A stretch of 64,000 nt of DNA from Vairimorpha necatrix (GCA_036630325.1 CP142735.1:682001-746000), one strand, 5' to 3'. Counted from the first letter of the stretch, positions 37,862 to 49,931 are shown. Program-made: numbers and translations. Notes: a model not told the origin generated them from the sequence alone.

Positions 37862-38839
37862 TTTACCAAAAAAAAATTAAATTATGAAAATTTTATAATA
37901 ACATTTTAAATGTTGCTCAAAATGTTTCGAAATATTGATAATTTTGGTATTTTGTAATAATTGTACAGTTTGGAGCGGATGCCACGGGTAAAAAATGCAA
38001 AAAAAAATCTCCTCAGTGAGGAGAGATTCAGAAAATAAGAACAAATAAATGTTCGTCTTTAATGGCTGCCAAAATTTTGTCTCGATTTTTTGAAAGGTAA
38101 ATTTTTGTTTTTTTATAATAATGGGAGGGAATAGTGAAAGAAGCAGAAAAATAAAATAAACAAAGCTTTTAGTACTTTATCCATTGCCAAGCAGCCTCAG
38201 ATCTCTAGCACTTATTTCGTTTATAGTAATCCCATTATTATCTTCTCTGCATAATTTTAATTAATTAAATTGTATATATCTTTTACAGGATAGACTTCTG
38301 CATCTAAACGTTCATACAGAGAATGTCTTCTTGTATTATCGTTGTTGTCCAAATAAGGTCTTATAAGGATTCTATCCCCTATTTGAAATTCTAAAAAATC
38401 ATTTTTCTACATACTTCTTTGTACTATTCTATCTGCAGGAATTTGTGTATGAATTCTAGCTGCATCATGATATCTTTCAATTAAAAAAAGTTTGTGTTAT
38501 TCGGAGCATACCTTTGTTGTGTTTATTCATTAATATTGCAATCTAGAACATCTGATAAACTTTATTTGGCATATTTTTCGTCCTCACATTCTTGTTCGTG
38601 ATTTTCTTACTTATCGAATCTAGAACCCCTGTGATTCTGGAGACGTCCATATTGTCCCTAATAGATCTATCAATTATTGGAGAGAATAATGTTTGATTTG
38701 TAGTAGAGTATCTTTAATTATTATACGACCAGGTAACTTCTTCTCTTACCTTGGTCCATTGAGCCTGTTTATTTAAGATATCTTAGGGGTCATAAAAATA
38801 GAAATTTATAAATATTCAACATCCCTCCTCTTTTATAGG

Positions 38840-41393
38840 CTAGTATACAAGTATTTTGAGTTGAGATGCATGTCTCTTAAGTCCTTTTCCCTTTGATAGT
38901 ACAATGTAAGGATTGTTTTCTAGCCGTTCTACAATCTGTCCTCTATCTTTAAACTTGGGCTGTCCTTTTGCCACTGCAAATTCATTCTTTATTATTACTT
39001 GATCGTTTTCCTTAAACTTTTCTTCAACCTCTTTATGCTCGTTTGCCTTATTAAACATTATAATTTCTTCGTACTGTTTCTCTTTTATTTTTGTTTCATT
39101 TTCCTTTTTACAAGCTTCATTTGGAGACATTCCTAGTTTTGAGTGGTTGATATTATTGTAAGCCTCTAACATTTTCAATAGTTTTGATTTTAGATTTAGA
39201 TGATCCTCCTGTTTGTAAATTCCTTCCTGGACGGTTCTGTTAAACCTTTCTACTCGTCCATTCGACTGATGATGAAAGGGTGTTGTATAATGTACTTTCA
39301 CTTTATTCTCTATGGCCCAGTTCTTTACTTTACTACTTTGATTCTCTTTTGATGAATCCATTATCAACTTTTTTATTGTTATTTGTTTGTTAATTTCCTT
39401 TATAAAATCTACAATCTTTTGACTATCTCTCGTGGTAATAACTTCCCCAAACCCTTTTCGACTAAAGTAATCAATTCCTGTTATTATATATTGTTTATTT
39501 ATGGGCCCTATAATGTCTATAGCTACTTTTTCTCCCGCAGAAAACGCTTTGACGAACAAAAAGGCTTCCCCCTTTTTGGGTTGTACATTTTACACCTTAT
39601 ACATTTTTTCAACTCTTCCTTCACTAATTTTTCCATATTAGGCCACGTATATTCCTTTTTAAGTTCTTCGGTTACTGTTTTTGCACCACGATATACTAAC
39701 TTCACATGTTTATCATTAATAAGTTCTCTTTTTATGTCATCAGTTAAGTCTTGAATTTCATTAACGACTTGCGCTTCCTTTTGGTATAGACGAGATATGT
39801 AGTCCACATGTGCCATCTCGACACCCCTTTTATATTTTACTGTGAAATTATATTGGCTAAGTCTGTCAAGCCATCTTTGTATTCGTTGAGAGCCTATTTC
39901 TCCTTTGTTCAACACATCCAAAGCTTTATGGTCCGTTATTACTTCAAATACATTCCCGTATAAGAAATATTTAAAATTCTTCATTCCCCACAACACTGCT
40001 AAGCATTCCTTTTCACTGATACTGTAGTTCATCTCGGCCGGTAAAAGTCTTCTTGAAGAATACGAAATAGGATAATTTGTTTCGCCTTGTTTTTGTGAGA
40101 GAATTGCACCAACTCTCGAATTGCACGCGTCTGTTTCTAGTATAAAAGGTTTTGTATAGTCAGGTTGGTATAATGCTATATTCGATTTTATGATGGTTTT
40201 AAGCTTATTGAAAGCCTTATCTTCATGTTCTCCCCAACTGAACTTTCTATCCTTTTTAAGTAAATCATACAAGCATCCTGCAATACTTGAACACCCGGGA
40301 ATAAATTTTCTGTAAAAATTGATAAAGCCAAGAAATTCTTGCAATGATCTAATATCATGCGGCGGTTTTATTTCATCAATACCTTGGCCAACTTCCCTTT
40401 TGGGTTTAATTTTATTGTATTCTATCGTATGTCCTAAAAATTCTACTGATTTCTTTTTATAAATAGTTTTATCTTCATTTAATTGTAAAGCATTCTTTTT
40501 TAATCGTTCCTTTATAATCCTAAAATTGTTATCATGGATTTCTTCAGTTGTTCCAAAAACTAAAATATCGTCAACATAAATGAAACACCTTTTCCCAATA
40601 TCATCTTGTAAAACATCATCCATAAACCGTTGAAATATGGCCGGCGAATTTTTAAAACCCATTGGCATTACATTCCATTCATATAAAAGATGCTTATGTC
40701 TAAAAGCTGTTTTGTGACTGTCATCTTCTGCTAATTCTATCTGAAAAAACCATCTTTTAAATCCAACTTAGAAAAATATTTTTGATCTTTTAAATTATGT
40801 AAAATTCTTTCTATGCTCGGAAGCGAGTATCTGTCCAAATCTACTAACTTATTGAGTGCAATCAAATTGGTTGTCACCCGAACCGATCCATCTGGCTTCA
40901 TAACTGGTCTAAGATTGTTTAACCACGTAGAACTGGATTTTCGAATATATTTTTTCTCTAATAACTTTTCTATTTCAGCATCTATGCCCACTTCCAATTT
41001 TTGTGGCAGTCCATACGTCCTTTCTACGACCTTTTCACCTGGTTTAGTTTTAATTTGACATATTCTGTTTTTTGGTTTTGCAAAAATTTTTATCAGCTCC
41101 TGTTTTCCGAATAATATTTTAAATTTGGCGACCCTAGGCAAAATAAAGAGTTCCGTTTTATATATCTTGTCCATATATTTAAATTCTAACTCTACTATCT
41201 CTTTTACTTGAAACTTTTCATCTAAACACGTAAAAAAGCTCAATGGCTTTTTCCTCCTTAATATCTGTAATTTTAATTCTCTAACTGCACAATGTGAAAT
41301 GAAATTATAACTAGAACCAGAATCGAAAATAACAGGCACCTTATTACTTTTAACATAGACGTAATTATTTTTATTTTCGTAAAATGCAGACTT
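38840..41393 (-). pseudogene. Gypsy C pol (PR-RT-RH-IN), frameshifted
   Basis: ORFs 40737-41339 (DSG protease plus RT start), 39523-40668 and 38840-39559. Confidence 0.9.
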
Positions 41394-42049
41394 TTATTCT
41401 AATGCCTCTTCAGTATTGGCTACTACCTCATGTACCTGCTTACTTGCACCAGTGTCTTTATTTCTATTCCGAAAATAGCAATTTGTAGAAACATGTCCTG
41501 GCTTTTTACATATGAAGCAGGTTAAGGTTTTTCTTGGAGTTTCTTTTAAGCTTAAGTTTTTGAAAGAAAAGGCCAAATCGGCTTCTTTCTTCATTTCTTT
41601 AATAGTTCCGTAGAATTCCTCATCCGTCTCATATTTAGTGGATAGAAACATTTTTATGAGTTTATATCGGGGTTTAATGCCGTTTTTTAAAATTTTCCTT
41701 CTATATTTTTCTTCAACATTTAAATCTTCACTCAATTTAATCGTTTCTTTTATAATACAGAAACAGACTCATTATCCTTTTGTTTCTTGGAGCACAGGTC
41801 CACTATAGAAATTTTCGTACAAAAATACTCTATCGCTGCTCTTCTGCAATGTTCATAGCTATAACTTGTTTTCCTTTTATTCCCAAATTTCTCTAGATGC
41901 CAGTCTAAAACGGTTTCGTCAAACCTACTGATAAAGTCATCCATTTTGTCTTCGTCAGTCTTTTTACTCCATCTACTAAGAGCCTCTGCTCTTTTTATCT
42001 CATGAGTTATGTTGTTTTTTGTTATTTTATTGTTCATATTCTCCACCAT
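41394..42049 (-). pseudogene. Gypsy C gag (frameshifted)
   Basis: ORFs 41750-42049 and 41394-41735; the ATG is formed by the last A of the LTR plus the TG of the PBS. Confidence 0.8.
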
Positions 42050-43099
42050 GTTTATTTAAGATATCTTAGGGGTCATAAAAATAGAAATTTATAAATATTC
42101 AACAGAGCCAAAATATTTTTTGTCCCGAGAGTAGATAAAATCATCCACTTTATTGTTTGATTGCGTCGTTCTATCTGTCCTTGTATCCATGTCCATCTAT
42201 CTCTCTTCCTAACGTGTCTTATTTCATATTTTTGACATAAATCGACGAGTACCTGATTTATAATTCTCCGCCGTTATCGGTATGAAGTATATAACAAGGA
42301 TTAAACGTTCTAAACAACATTTCCAAGCAATCCCTACACTGATACCTGTTTTGTTAAGCAGTGGTACCGTCCAACAATATTTGGTAAAAAAATCTCCTAT
42401 ATTCAATAACCATTAGAATCCTTCATTGAGTTCGTGATATAGCCGGAGATCAATCAAGTCTGCAACATATCTTTCCCATTGATACTTTGCTACAATTGGT
42501 CTAATAACTGGTCTAGTTACTAGATTTCTCTTTCATTGACATATATCACAGCTATTCAAAACTCACTCGATATCTTTTTGGGTTGCGTCGTAGACTTTTG
42601 TTTGTAATAATTAAAACAATCTGTCCTGTCCCGGATGCCCATTTGAGACGTAAATAAATTTTGAAGCGTTGCTCGTTTTGGGTTAAGGAATCGTAATGAT
42701 CTATATAGACATACTTTAAATCTCATCGTGAGCTTTGTGGTACCATTAATCACATCCCCAAAAGGGATAAACTTTATAGCTTTTTCTTGTAGCGTCTCTT
42801 TTTGTTTTTTCTACCAACCTCGTTGGAACAATACCAATCTTTAAGAAGACAACCCCTTCTTGTCTTTCATTGTTATTCAGTTTTATCTCCATGCCCTTCA
42901 AATTGCAGAAATTTTATATGCAAATCACAAATAAATACCAAAGTTTTTAAAAAATATTTTATTCTTCTCAAGTAAGCATTTGCCTGGCCTCTACTGCAAA
43001 CGGATTTTTTTTAATTTTTTGCCCTTCTAAAGTAAGCAACTTCCCCGGCGTCCGCTCCGAGCGGTGACAATAATTTACTATTATTTTTTTTTACCCTCC

Positions 43100-43609
43100 A
43101 TGTGCAGTCATCTTCAAACTGAAGACGGTTTTTGTATTAATTGTGGTATACAAATCACCACTCTAAATTTAGTCGATTCCTACACACCTGTAAATCATCA
43201 CACAAAATCTCAGAAACATATTTATTTACTTAATAAACTTCTCCATACTTTTAACATATCAGAATTTAAGCCGAATATATTACACGAATATAACACCAAA
43301 GCTTTTTCATTTAGACATAGTATGAAAGATAAACTTCTTCTTTGTACTTATAAAGTGTTAAGAGACTCTTCATATCCCATAACGTTTAGCGACGTAGAGA
43401 AATATTCCCCTAAAATAAAAAGTAAATGGTTTAAAGAATATAAATATATTCCGTATAGTAAAGCCTACATTAGAAATTTATTGGACAGATTTGGTCAAAA
43501 TATTAGCTGTACCAATTTACAAGAAGTTATGAGCTATGTAGAAAAATATAGTAACAAACCCATGGAAAAAGTTATACAAAAATTTTTAATAAACAAAAAA
43601 TCAGTTTAA
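43100..43609 (+). CDS. Small protein with an N-terminal C-x-H...CxxC zinc ribbon, TFIIB/Brf/Rrn7-like architecture
   Basis: Start re-assigned to the ATG at 43100 after ACCCTCC; MCSHLQTEDGFCINCG is followed by a helical region. The family assignment is tentative. Confidence 0.7.
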   Translation: MCSHLQTEDGFCINCGIQITTLNLVDSYTPVNHHTKSQKHIYLLNKLLHTFNISEFKPNILHEYNTKAFSFRHSMKDKLLLCTYKVLRDSSYPITFSDVEKYSPKIKSKWFKEYKYIPYSKAYIRNLLDRFGQNISCTNLQEVMSYVEKYSNKPMEKVIQKFLINKKSV

Positions 43610-44092
43610 AATTTTTTTTATTTTTTCTCTAATTGGTAAAATGCTTCGTTCTAAAATATAAAATTGTGAATAGTCTTTTTTTAATGATTTGTTTTTTTTG
43701 AAAACATTAACTAATATATCTAAAATATGAATAAGAGAAGTTGTATCAATTTCCAGTATTAAATTTACAATATGGGATATAAATTCTTGTATTAAAGTAA
43801 TACTAATGTCACTGTCAATAATTTCAATTAAAAAAACAGTATTAGAAGGTAAAGTGTCTACTGTTATGTTTTCAAGTGTAATTTTATAGAAGTCTGGAAA
43901 ATCTAAATCGTAATTTACTATGACATAGTACAGAAATTTGCTAACTTCTATATTTCCTTTATGATGTTTTAATAATTTAACACAAACACTTCTTGGGTCA
44001 TCTAAATCATCAATAAAATTGTATAAAGAGTTGACAACTTCTGGTTTAAAATTTTCTAAGAGTTTGTCAATATCTTTTTCAATTTCTGACAT
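43601..44092 (-). CDS. Noc4/CBF-Mak21-like nucleolar protein (reduced)
   Basis: YVIVNYDLDFPDFYK resembles the Noc4 NL(D/E)YP.FY motif; the start was chosen after the CCC motif (CCCTCAATA-ATG). Confidence 0.65.
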   Translation of the reverse strand: MSEIEKDIDKLLENFKPEVVNSLYNFIDDLDDPRSVCVKLLKHHKGNIEVSKFLYYVIVNYDLDFPDFYKITLENITVDTLPSNTVFLIEIIDSDISITLIQEFISHIVNLILEIDTTSLIHILDILVNVFKKNKSLKKDYSQFYILERSILPIREKIKKILN

Positions 44093-45114
44093 TATTGAGG
44101 GCATTCTTATAAAAAATTAAAAAAGCCGTTAATTTTTTAAGTTAAAGTGAATTAAAAAATAAATGAAGCCGATCAATAATTAATTATATTATTTACGACA
44201 TATATATATATATTGGATTAAAAATTAATTGTAAACTTAAATTTAATTGCATATTATAATATTCGATTGTTTAAAAAACAGTTGAATTTATATACATTAT
44301 TGAAAATTTTATTATTTATTCCTTCCGAGGGGCAATAAAAAACAAAAAAACTGTTTTTAAAGAACTAAATTAGTTCTTTATGAAATTATTGGTTAAAATT
44401 GAACTGACAATAACCACAACTCTTTCAATTGCATATCTTTTATTATAAAAATGTCCTAATTGTTCAAATTGAACAATTTTTTAACATAAACTAGTAAACC
44501 TACAAATTTAATAAGCTTATTTTTCGTATAACGATTACTTTTTAAAAGAGCTCAAATGCATAAAAAAAGAATAATTTATATTCTTGTGGGAATCAAGGCC
44601 TCTCATAAATTTTAAAAAAATATTTTTTTATATTGATTACTAATCACCGAATGCTATAATATATATCATATGTTTTATTGGGGGTCATACCCTTTTTGGA
44701 AACAATTAGATAGCTTTAGTAACCAATCAAAGCGCATTTGCCGAATGTTGATTGGCTAGCTTTTTAATGCGCTACAACAGAAAAAATATAACATGAAAAT
44801 ATAAAATTTCCTCTACTATTGTGTCGTTATTTCTATTAAGTAAATATGATGCATTTTTTAGACATCATAATACTTCTAAATTTGTTTTAGCTTAACTTTG
44901 TTTGTTTCTTTGAATATTGCATTTTTTATTATACATAATGTTTATAGACAGAATTTTCCGTTTCTTGTTATGAATATCTAAAATTAAATTGCTATTATTA
45001 ATGTTATATATCAATTTTCGGCCGGAGAGGCGTAAGCCTAGTAGTTAATTTCCTCGCTGAAGACAATAATTTTTTTTCTTTACTGAGTTAAGCTGTCGCG
45101 TAATAATATAAAAA

Positions 45115-45185
45115 TGCACCAACCGGGAATCGAACCCGGGCTAACAGCTTGGGAAGCTGTTGTCATACCACTTGACCATTGGAGC
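45115..45185 (-). tRNA. tRNA-Gly(CCC)
   Basis: GCTCCAA..TGGTCAAGTGG..ACAGC-TTCCCAA-GCTGT..CCGGG-TTCGATT-CCCGG-TTGGTGCA, followed by a T-run; one acceptor-stem mismatch. Confidence 0.92.
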
Positions 45186-45449
45186 TCATTTTTTCAAAAT
45201 TAAATATACTTGAACTGAAAAATATGAATTTTTTATTATAACAAATTTGTGATCTTAATATTTCAATCGTATTATTCTTTTTTACAAATAAATCTGGCAA
45301 CTTATTACAATAATTTAATTAGTCCAGTCAATAATAATTGCTAAAATACTATAAGTTTACAAGAAACCCCATTTACTTTTCACTTAAATTTTTATTTACA
45401 TATTTAATTTTACATTCTGCATTTTTAAAGTTCTTGTCATGTTTACACT

Positions 45450-46055
45450 TCATTCCTCAAAAGTCTTCACTTTAATATTATAATCATCAACCGCAAAATA
45501 TCCATGCTCAACCACTCCACATATTTCTCTACACTCATTTAAAAATTTTTCATCAAACACCACGTCAACAATAAAATTCCCTAAATCGGTTATAACAGGC
45601 CCGAATTTATTCTCACCACGTCTCAACTCATATTTTACATTTTTTTTCTTCAATATTTTTTCTATATATTTAACACTTCCTGGCAATATTTCTATAGGCA
45701 CATAACAGTCCTCAAAACATTCTCTATATTTATAGTTCTGTACTATTATTAGTACTTCGTCGGCCATTGTACACATCAACTTCTCTGTTGTTAGTGACCC
45801 GCCTTTACCCTTTATCATATTTCCTTTTTTGTCAAAATAATCACATCCGTCTATGTACAAGTCTAAATGGTCTATTGATTCAAGTGGATAACAATGAATA
45901 GAATAATTGAGCAAGCTTCTTGTGGTTTGGTGGCTTGATGAAACATATTGAAGATTTGGATTTAGGTATGGGAGAATGGATTCTACAGTTCTGCCTGTGC
46001 CAATGCCTACTATTGATTTGGATTTACAAATAGTTTCGATGGTAGTTTTTAACAT
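45450..46055 (-). CDS. RKI1: Ribose-5-phosphate isomerase A
   Basis: GIGTGRTV, DLYIDGCD, KGKGG..EK, PIEILP, PVITDLGNFIVD and GVVEHG motifs. Confidence 0.93.
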   Translation of the reverse strand: MLKTTIETICKSKSIVGIGTGRTVESILPYLNPNLQYVSSSHQTTRSLLNYSIHCYPLESIDHLDLYIDGCDYFDKKGNMIKGKGGSLTTEKLMCTMADEVLIIVQNYKYRECFEDCYVPIEILPGSVKYIEKILKKKNVKYELRRGENKFGPVITDLGNFIVDVVFDEKFLNECREICGVVEHGYFAVDDYNIKVKTFEE

Positions 46056-46895
46056 TTAGAAGTGTAATTATAAATTATAAAAATAATATAAAGGAGGTTG
46101 ACAAATGATTATTCATTAAAAAAATATTGGTCATAAGACATTGTAAAAATAGAGAAAGAGACATATGTTAAAAAAAAATATTCTAGCAGAAAACACATAC
46201 ATTACATTGTAGTGAAGGGAAAGACCTAAAAATAGTCAAGTGCCATAATTCTTGCAATGTTTTTTTTATAATTCTAATCTATAAGTCTTAATTTACAGAT
46301 ACAACTACGTGTTAATTTTAGGATTATAATCTAATTTTGTTATTATATTTTATAGAAGAATACATTCGAAGTCAATTGGTCGTCCCGTTGAAAGTGAAAT
46401 TTTTTTGCACTATACTAATACAATTTTTTATAGAAATTATCTGGATGAGGCGTGTTTTTAAAATTTCGCTTAGTATAAGTATATCGCCAAGTATCTTATA
46501 TACAAGGCATAATACGTCTTTATAAGTCAATTTACACTCTCCACATGATCAATTTCATCGCTTCCTTAGAAATATTACTAGTTTATTCCGCGTGGCTAAA
46601 AATCTATAATGGCATATGCCAGTTAAAAAATGAGTTTTGTGTATTTTTATAACTAATTTTATATTAAAACATACATATTTCTTTTTAATAAGCTAAAATA
46701 TTTTATACCGCGACAATTTTTTTTTCTTTTTTTTTGGTGCTAGGACCTTCGATAAAATTTTACGAATAGTTGTTATTATTAAGTTCTACGAATTCTGACA
46801 ATTTTCTTTTTTTTTCATATATAGACAACGAATCAATTTTAAGAAAAAAGTTCAACAAATTTATATTTAAAATTTTTATTATTTTCTCCCCAAAT

Positions 46896-47606
46896 ATGAT
46901 CTTCCTACTTTTTTTTAATCCTCTACTGTCTCATGTCTTGTTTATCAATAACTTTAAAAACATTTACATCGATCTTTATATAGGTTTGGACATGATTATC
47001 GATAAAGACGAATGGTTCGGCGTAACAATGTCTTTTGCTCCTAAATTTGACAATGTCGAAAATTTTTCTATCTTAAATGTAGAAGACTTCGGTAATTTGA
47101 TATCTGCTTTGTCTAACCATAAAGATGATGGCTATAAATCAATGTTCTCTTCTTCTAAGTATTTTTTATGTTCTAGAATACATAAAGACGACTTTGTATT
47201 TAATACTAATGTAATTATAGGGTACTGTATAGATGTGTCTAAAAATGCATATTACCAACCAGGACAAGAATATATAAGTGACATTATAGTGCCCAATGAA
47301 GCTAAAAGTTTTTATTATTTTGATTTTAAGAAAAAAGGAAAAGAAGTTAAGTCTTTGTTTAGATTTGGGCATATGGTATCATTGAATGTTGAGAAGCCTT
47401 CTTCAATTGAATTTTATGAAAAGGAAATCGAGAAAAAAGCCCTGGAGTTGAAGTTAAAGGAAGAAGAAGAAAAAGCAAGGCTCAAAGCCAAAGGAAGAAG
47501 AAGAAAAAGCAAAGGTGTTGAAGTTAAAGGAAGAAAGAAAAAAAGCAATGGAGTCGAAACCAAAAGAAAAAGAAGAAAATCCCGTCTTAAAAAAAGAGAG
47601 GAATAA
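46896..47606 (+). CDS. Hypothetical protein with a signal-peptide-like N-terminus and a Lys/Arg-rich C-terminal tail
   Basis: Start re-assigned to the ATG after CCCCAAAT (MIFLLFFNPLLS...); basic tail KGRRRKSK...KRRKSRLKK. Confidence 0.7.
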   Translation: MIFLLFFNPLLSHVLFINNFKNIYIDLYIGLDMIIDKDEWFGVTMSFAPKFDNVENFSILNVEDFGNLISALSNHKDDGYKSMFSSSKYFLCSRIHKDDFVFNTNVIIGYCIDVSKNAYYQPGQEYISDIIVPNEAKSFYYFDFKKKGKEVKSLFRFGHMVSLNVEKPSSIEFYEKEIEKKALELKLKEEEEKARLKAKGRRRKSKGVEVKGRKKKSNGVETKRKRRKSRLKKREE

Positions 47607-47717
47607 AAGGTTTAATTTTATTCTTTTATATTGTTATGTTGCCACTAAAAATTTTAACAATTTCTTTCAGGTGCCTCTATTTTATCGGTATGATATTTTA
47701 TAGTTTTTGTATATTTT

Positions 47718-47799
47718 GACGGTGTAGCAAAGTGGTTAACGCGCTAGATTGCTAATCTAGTTCCTTCTGGGAGCGCGAGTTCGAATCTCGCCATCGTCG
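47718..47799 (+). tRNA. tRNA-Ser(GCT)
   Basis: GACGGTG/CATCGTC acceptor stem, CTAGA-TTGCTAA-TCTAG anticodon arm, long variable arm, GCGAG-TTCGAAT-CTCGC T-arm, T-run terminator. Confidence 0.96.
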
Positions 47800-48316
47800 A
47801 TTTTTTTTTCATATTCAAGCAGACGTGATTTTGAGCTCAAAGAACACGCGAAAAGATGATTATTCAAGTTTATCTTTAGTATACCATGCCAAATATCATC
47901 CAATTATTTATCAAAAGACATTGACATGTGGCATCCTACGCTTGACATGTGGACTATATCTTCAGTAAATAAATATAACAATTGCTTTCTAATAACAGTT
48001 TATGCATGAAATATAAAAGTTAAGCTTGTGAATATAAATGTAGAATCTAATAAATATATATATTTATTTTTTATTTTTTGGTTAAAATGGTGATCTCTAA
48101 ACTCTTGACCATATCAGCCGAGGATTTTAAAGAACTCCTTTCTTGCTCACGCTGGATTACCATGTGAGTCTCAGATGCGAGTCTACAAAAGGAATCTTGA
48201 AACAATCCCATTTTTACTTGGTTTATGTTTTAAGCAGTCTTTGAAACTTAAGAATAGTAATTCACAAATAATTTAAATATTTTTAATATCTTTTATTCTT
48301 CTCTTACCCTCTTATT

Positions 48317-48577
48317 ATGATAGTAAGATTCAGTGGCAGTGCTGATCCATCTCTCAATGACAAAGACTACAATATTGAGACCGAAAATAATATCAAAAGT
48401 ATCTTCCTCAAGATATATTCTGATATAACTACAGAGTATACAAATAACGACGGGACTATTAAGGATGGTGTATTGTGTCTATTAGACGACAGTGACTGGG
48501 AATTATCTGGGTGTTATGACTCTGATCTAAGTGGGTTGTCTATTATTACACTTATTAATACAATACACGGGGGATAA
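48317..48577 (+). CDS. URM1: Ubiquitin-related modifier 1
   Basis: 86 aa with F.G near the N-terminus, IKDGVLCLLDDSDWEL and a C-terminal ITLINTIHGG; CCC motif upstream. Confidence 0.88.
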   Translation: MIVRFSGSADPSLNDKDYNIETENNIKSIFLKIYSDITTEYTNNDGTIKDGVLCLLDDSDWELSGCYDSDLSGLSIITLINTIHGG

Positions 48578-48989
48578 ACACAATAAAAAGCTTATTTTAT
48601 ACATCTATATTCGTAACATTATATATATTTTTTATACACTAATATTGTTGTCTTTATATAACAGTTAATAAGAAGCATTGAAAAAAGTTCAACTCGTTGA
48701 ATGCCAAGGTCGTATATAAAAATTTCTATTCTTGTTGGCGCCACTCATTTGCATGAGCATATTTTTGTTCCTATCTTCTATAAATTATATGTAACTAATA
48801 GAACAATTAGATTGCTAGTTTTATATTTAAATATAACAATTTTTGGGTTAAAGACTTTGTAAAGCAAAAGAACATATAGTGATCAAATAAAAGATTTGAA
48901 TTAACCATTACGACTAGTATGCTTCTTTTTTCGCTAAACAAAATTTAGGTTATTTTCTACTTTTTGTTTATTATAAAAATTTGGTAACG

Positions 48990-49917
48990 CTGTCTGAACG
49001 AGAACTTTTGGTTAAAAGAGCCACTTGGGGAGTTTTTAGACTATAAATATTTTTTTGGAAAGTCAAAACGGCAAAAAGAAGAAAAAAAAATCTAATAATT
49101 TTGTTAATAAATCACTTTTTAAGTTCGTTCTTGGCATAAATTTTATTAATGAACCAGTAATCAGTGTTCTATGTCTTGCCGAGGCTCATTTTTTTCTTCG
49201 CTTCAATTCCCTACAATATTGTAAGAATGGCAGCTATTGGAATTGCTTACAAATTTAAGTGTATTTTAGGAGTATATGAACAGCCAACTAATTTTTTAGT
49301 TTTTGTAGGACTTACCGCAGTCACTGTGTATTATTAATTTACAGTGAACATAATTTTAATTAGTTCTTCCAAGTGTTAGCTTTGTCATTATGTACTGAAA
49401 TATTATTATCTTTCTTGAGGCGGTTCTTTATACAGCCCCAATTTCCATATGATCGATACGATGTTTTCTGTGGTATTTAATTTACCAAATTTGCTTTTTT
49501 CTATTTCTACTACTTTTCTTTGTCCATCTATTTAAACAGTAAAATTGTAAACTTTGTTTTCCAATAAAAAATTGTTTTTTATTTTACGTTTTATATTTAT
49601 GACTAATACCCAAAAATCAACTTATTAGGATCCGTTAAACTTTTAAAACCATAGTTTTATTGCTAACAAAATGTCTAAAATACTTTTATTTTATGATAGA
49701 ATGATGGTCTTTTGATAATGACCCTTTAATTTTACAAGCTTTCCAAACACATATAAATACAAATTTCTTTATAAAAGTTGTTTTACAATCCTATTTCATT
49801 TTTGCCACTTACAGCTTTAATTTCGATTGCTATAGTAAATATTTTCGAGCCCCTCATCATATCGTTCAATTTTGGGGCAAAAATGACAAATTTGCAAAAA
49901 TACCCTTTTTAGCAAAG
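48990..49917 (-). mobile_element. Highly decayed Merlin/ISXO2 transposase remnant
   Basis: Minus-strand fragments KVVEIEKSKFGK.KYHR, IHSDCGKSY and NIVGN; ends not resolved. Confidence 0.55.
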
Positions 49918-49931
49918 TGTTCCAAAGACCA

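Larger units (their letters stand above)
38766..42104 (-). mobile_element. Ty3/gypsy LTR retrotransposon C (3339 bp) with gag, protease, RT, RNase H and integrase
   Basis: Identical 56-bp LTRs at 38766-38821 and 42049-42104; TSD GAGCC; PBS TGGTGGAGAAT (tRNA-Ala-like); PPT AAAAGAGGAGGGA; KQK.NESV, CFICKKPGHVSTNC, VIFDSGS, YVDD, TDAC and QSNGRVERF motifs. Confidence 0.95.
37962..43069 (-). mobile_element. Integrase-only TIR transposon (Ginger2/TDD-like) no. 2, interrupted by gypsy C
   Basis: Imperfect TIRs TGTACAGTTTGGAGCGGATGCC / revcomp TGTCACCGCTCGGAGCGGACGCC; 5-bp TSD ATAAT (37957-37961, 43070-43074). Integrase remnants RPIVAKYQWERYVADLIDL..DFFTKYCW (42540-42230) continue as W....EVTWSYNN below 38760. 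Confidence 0.85.
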
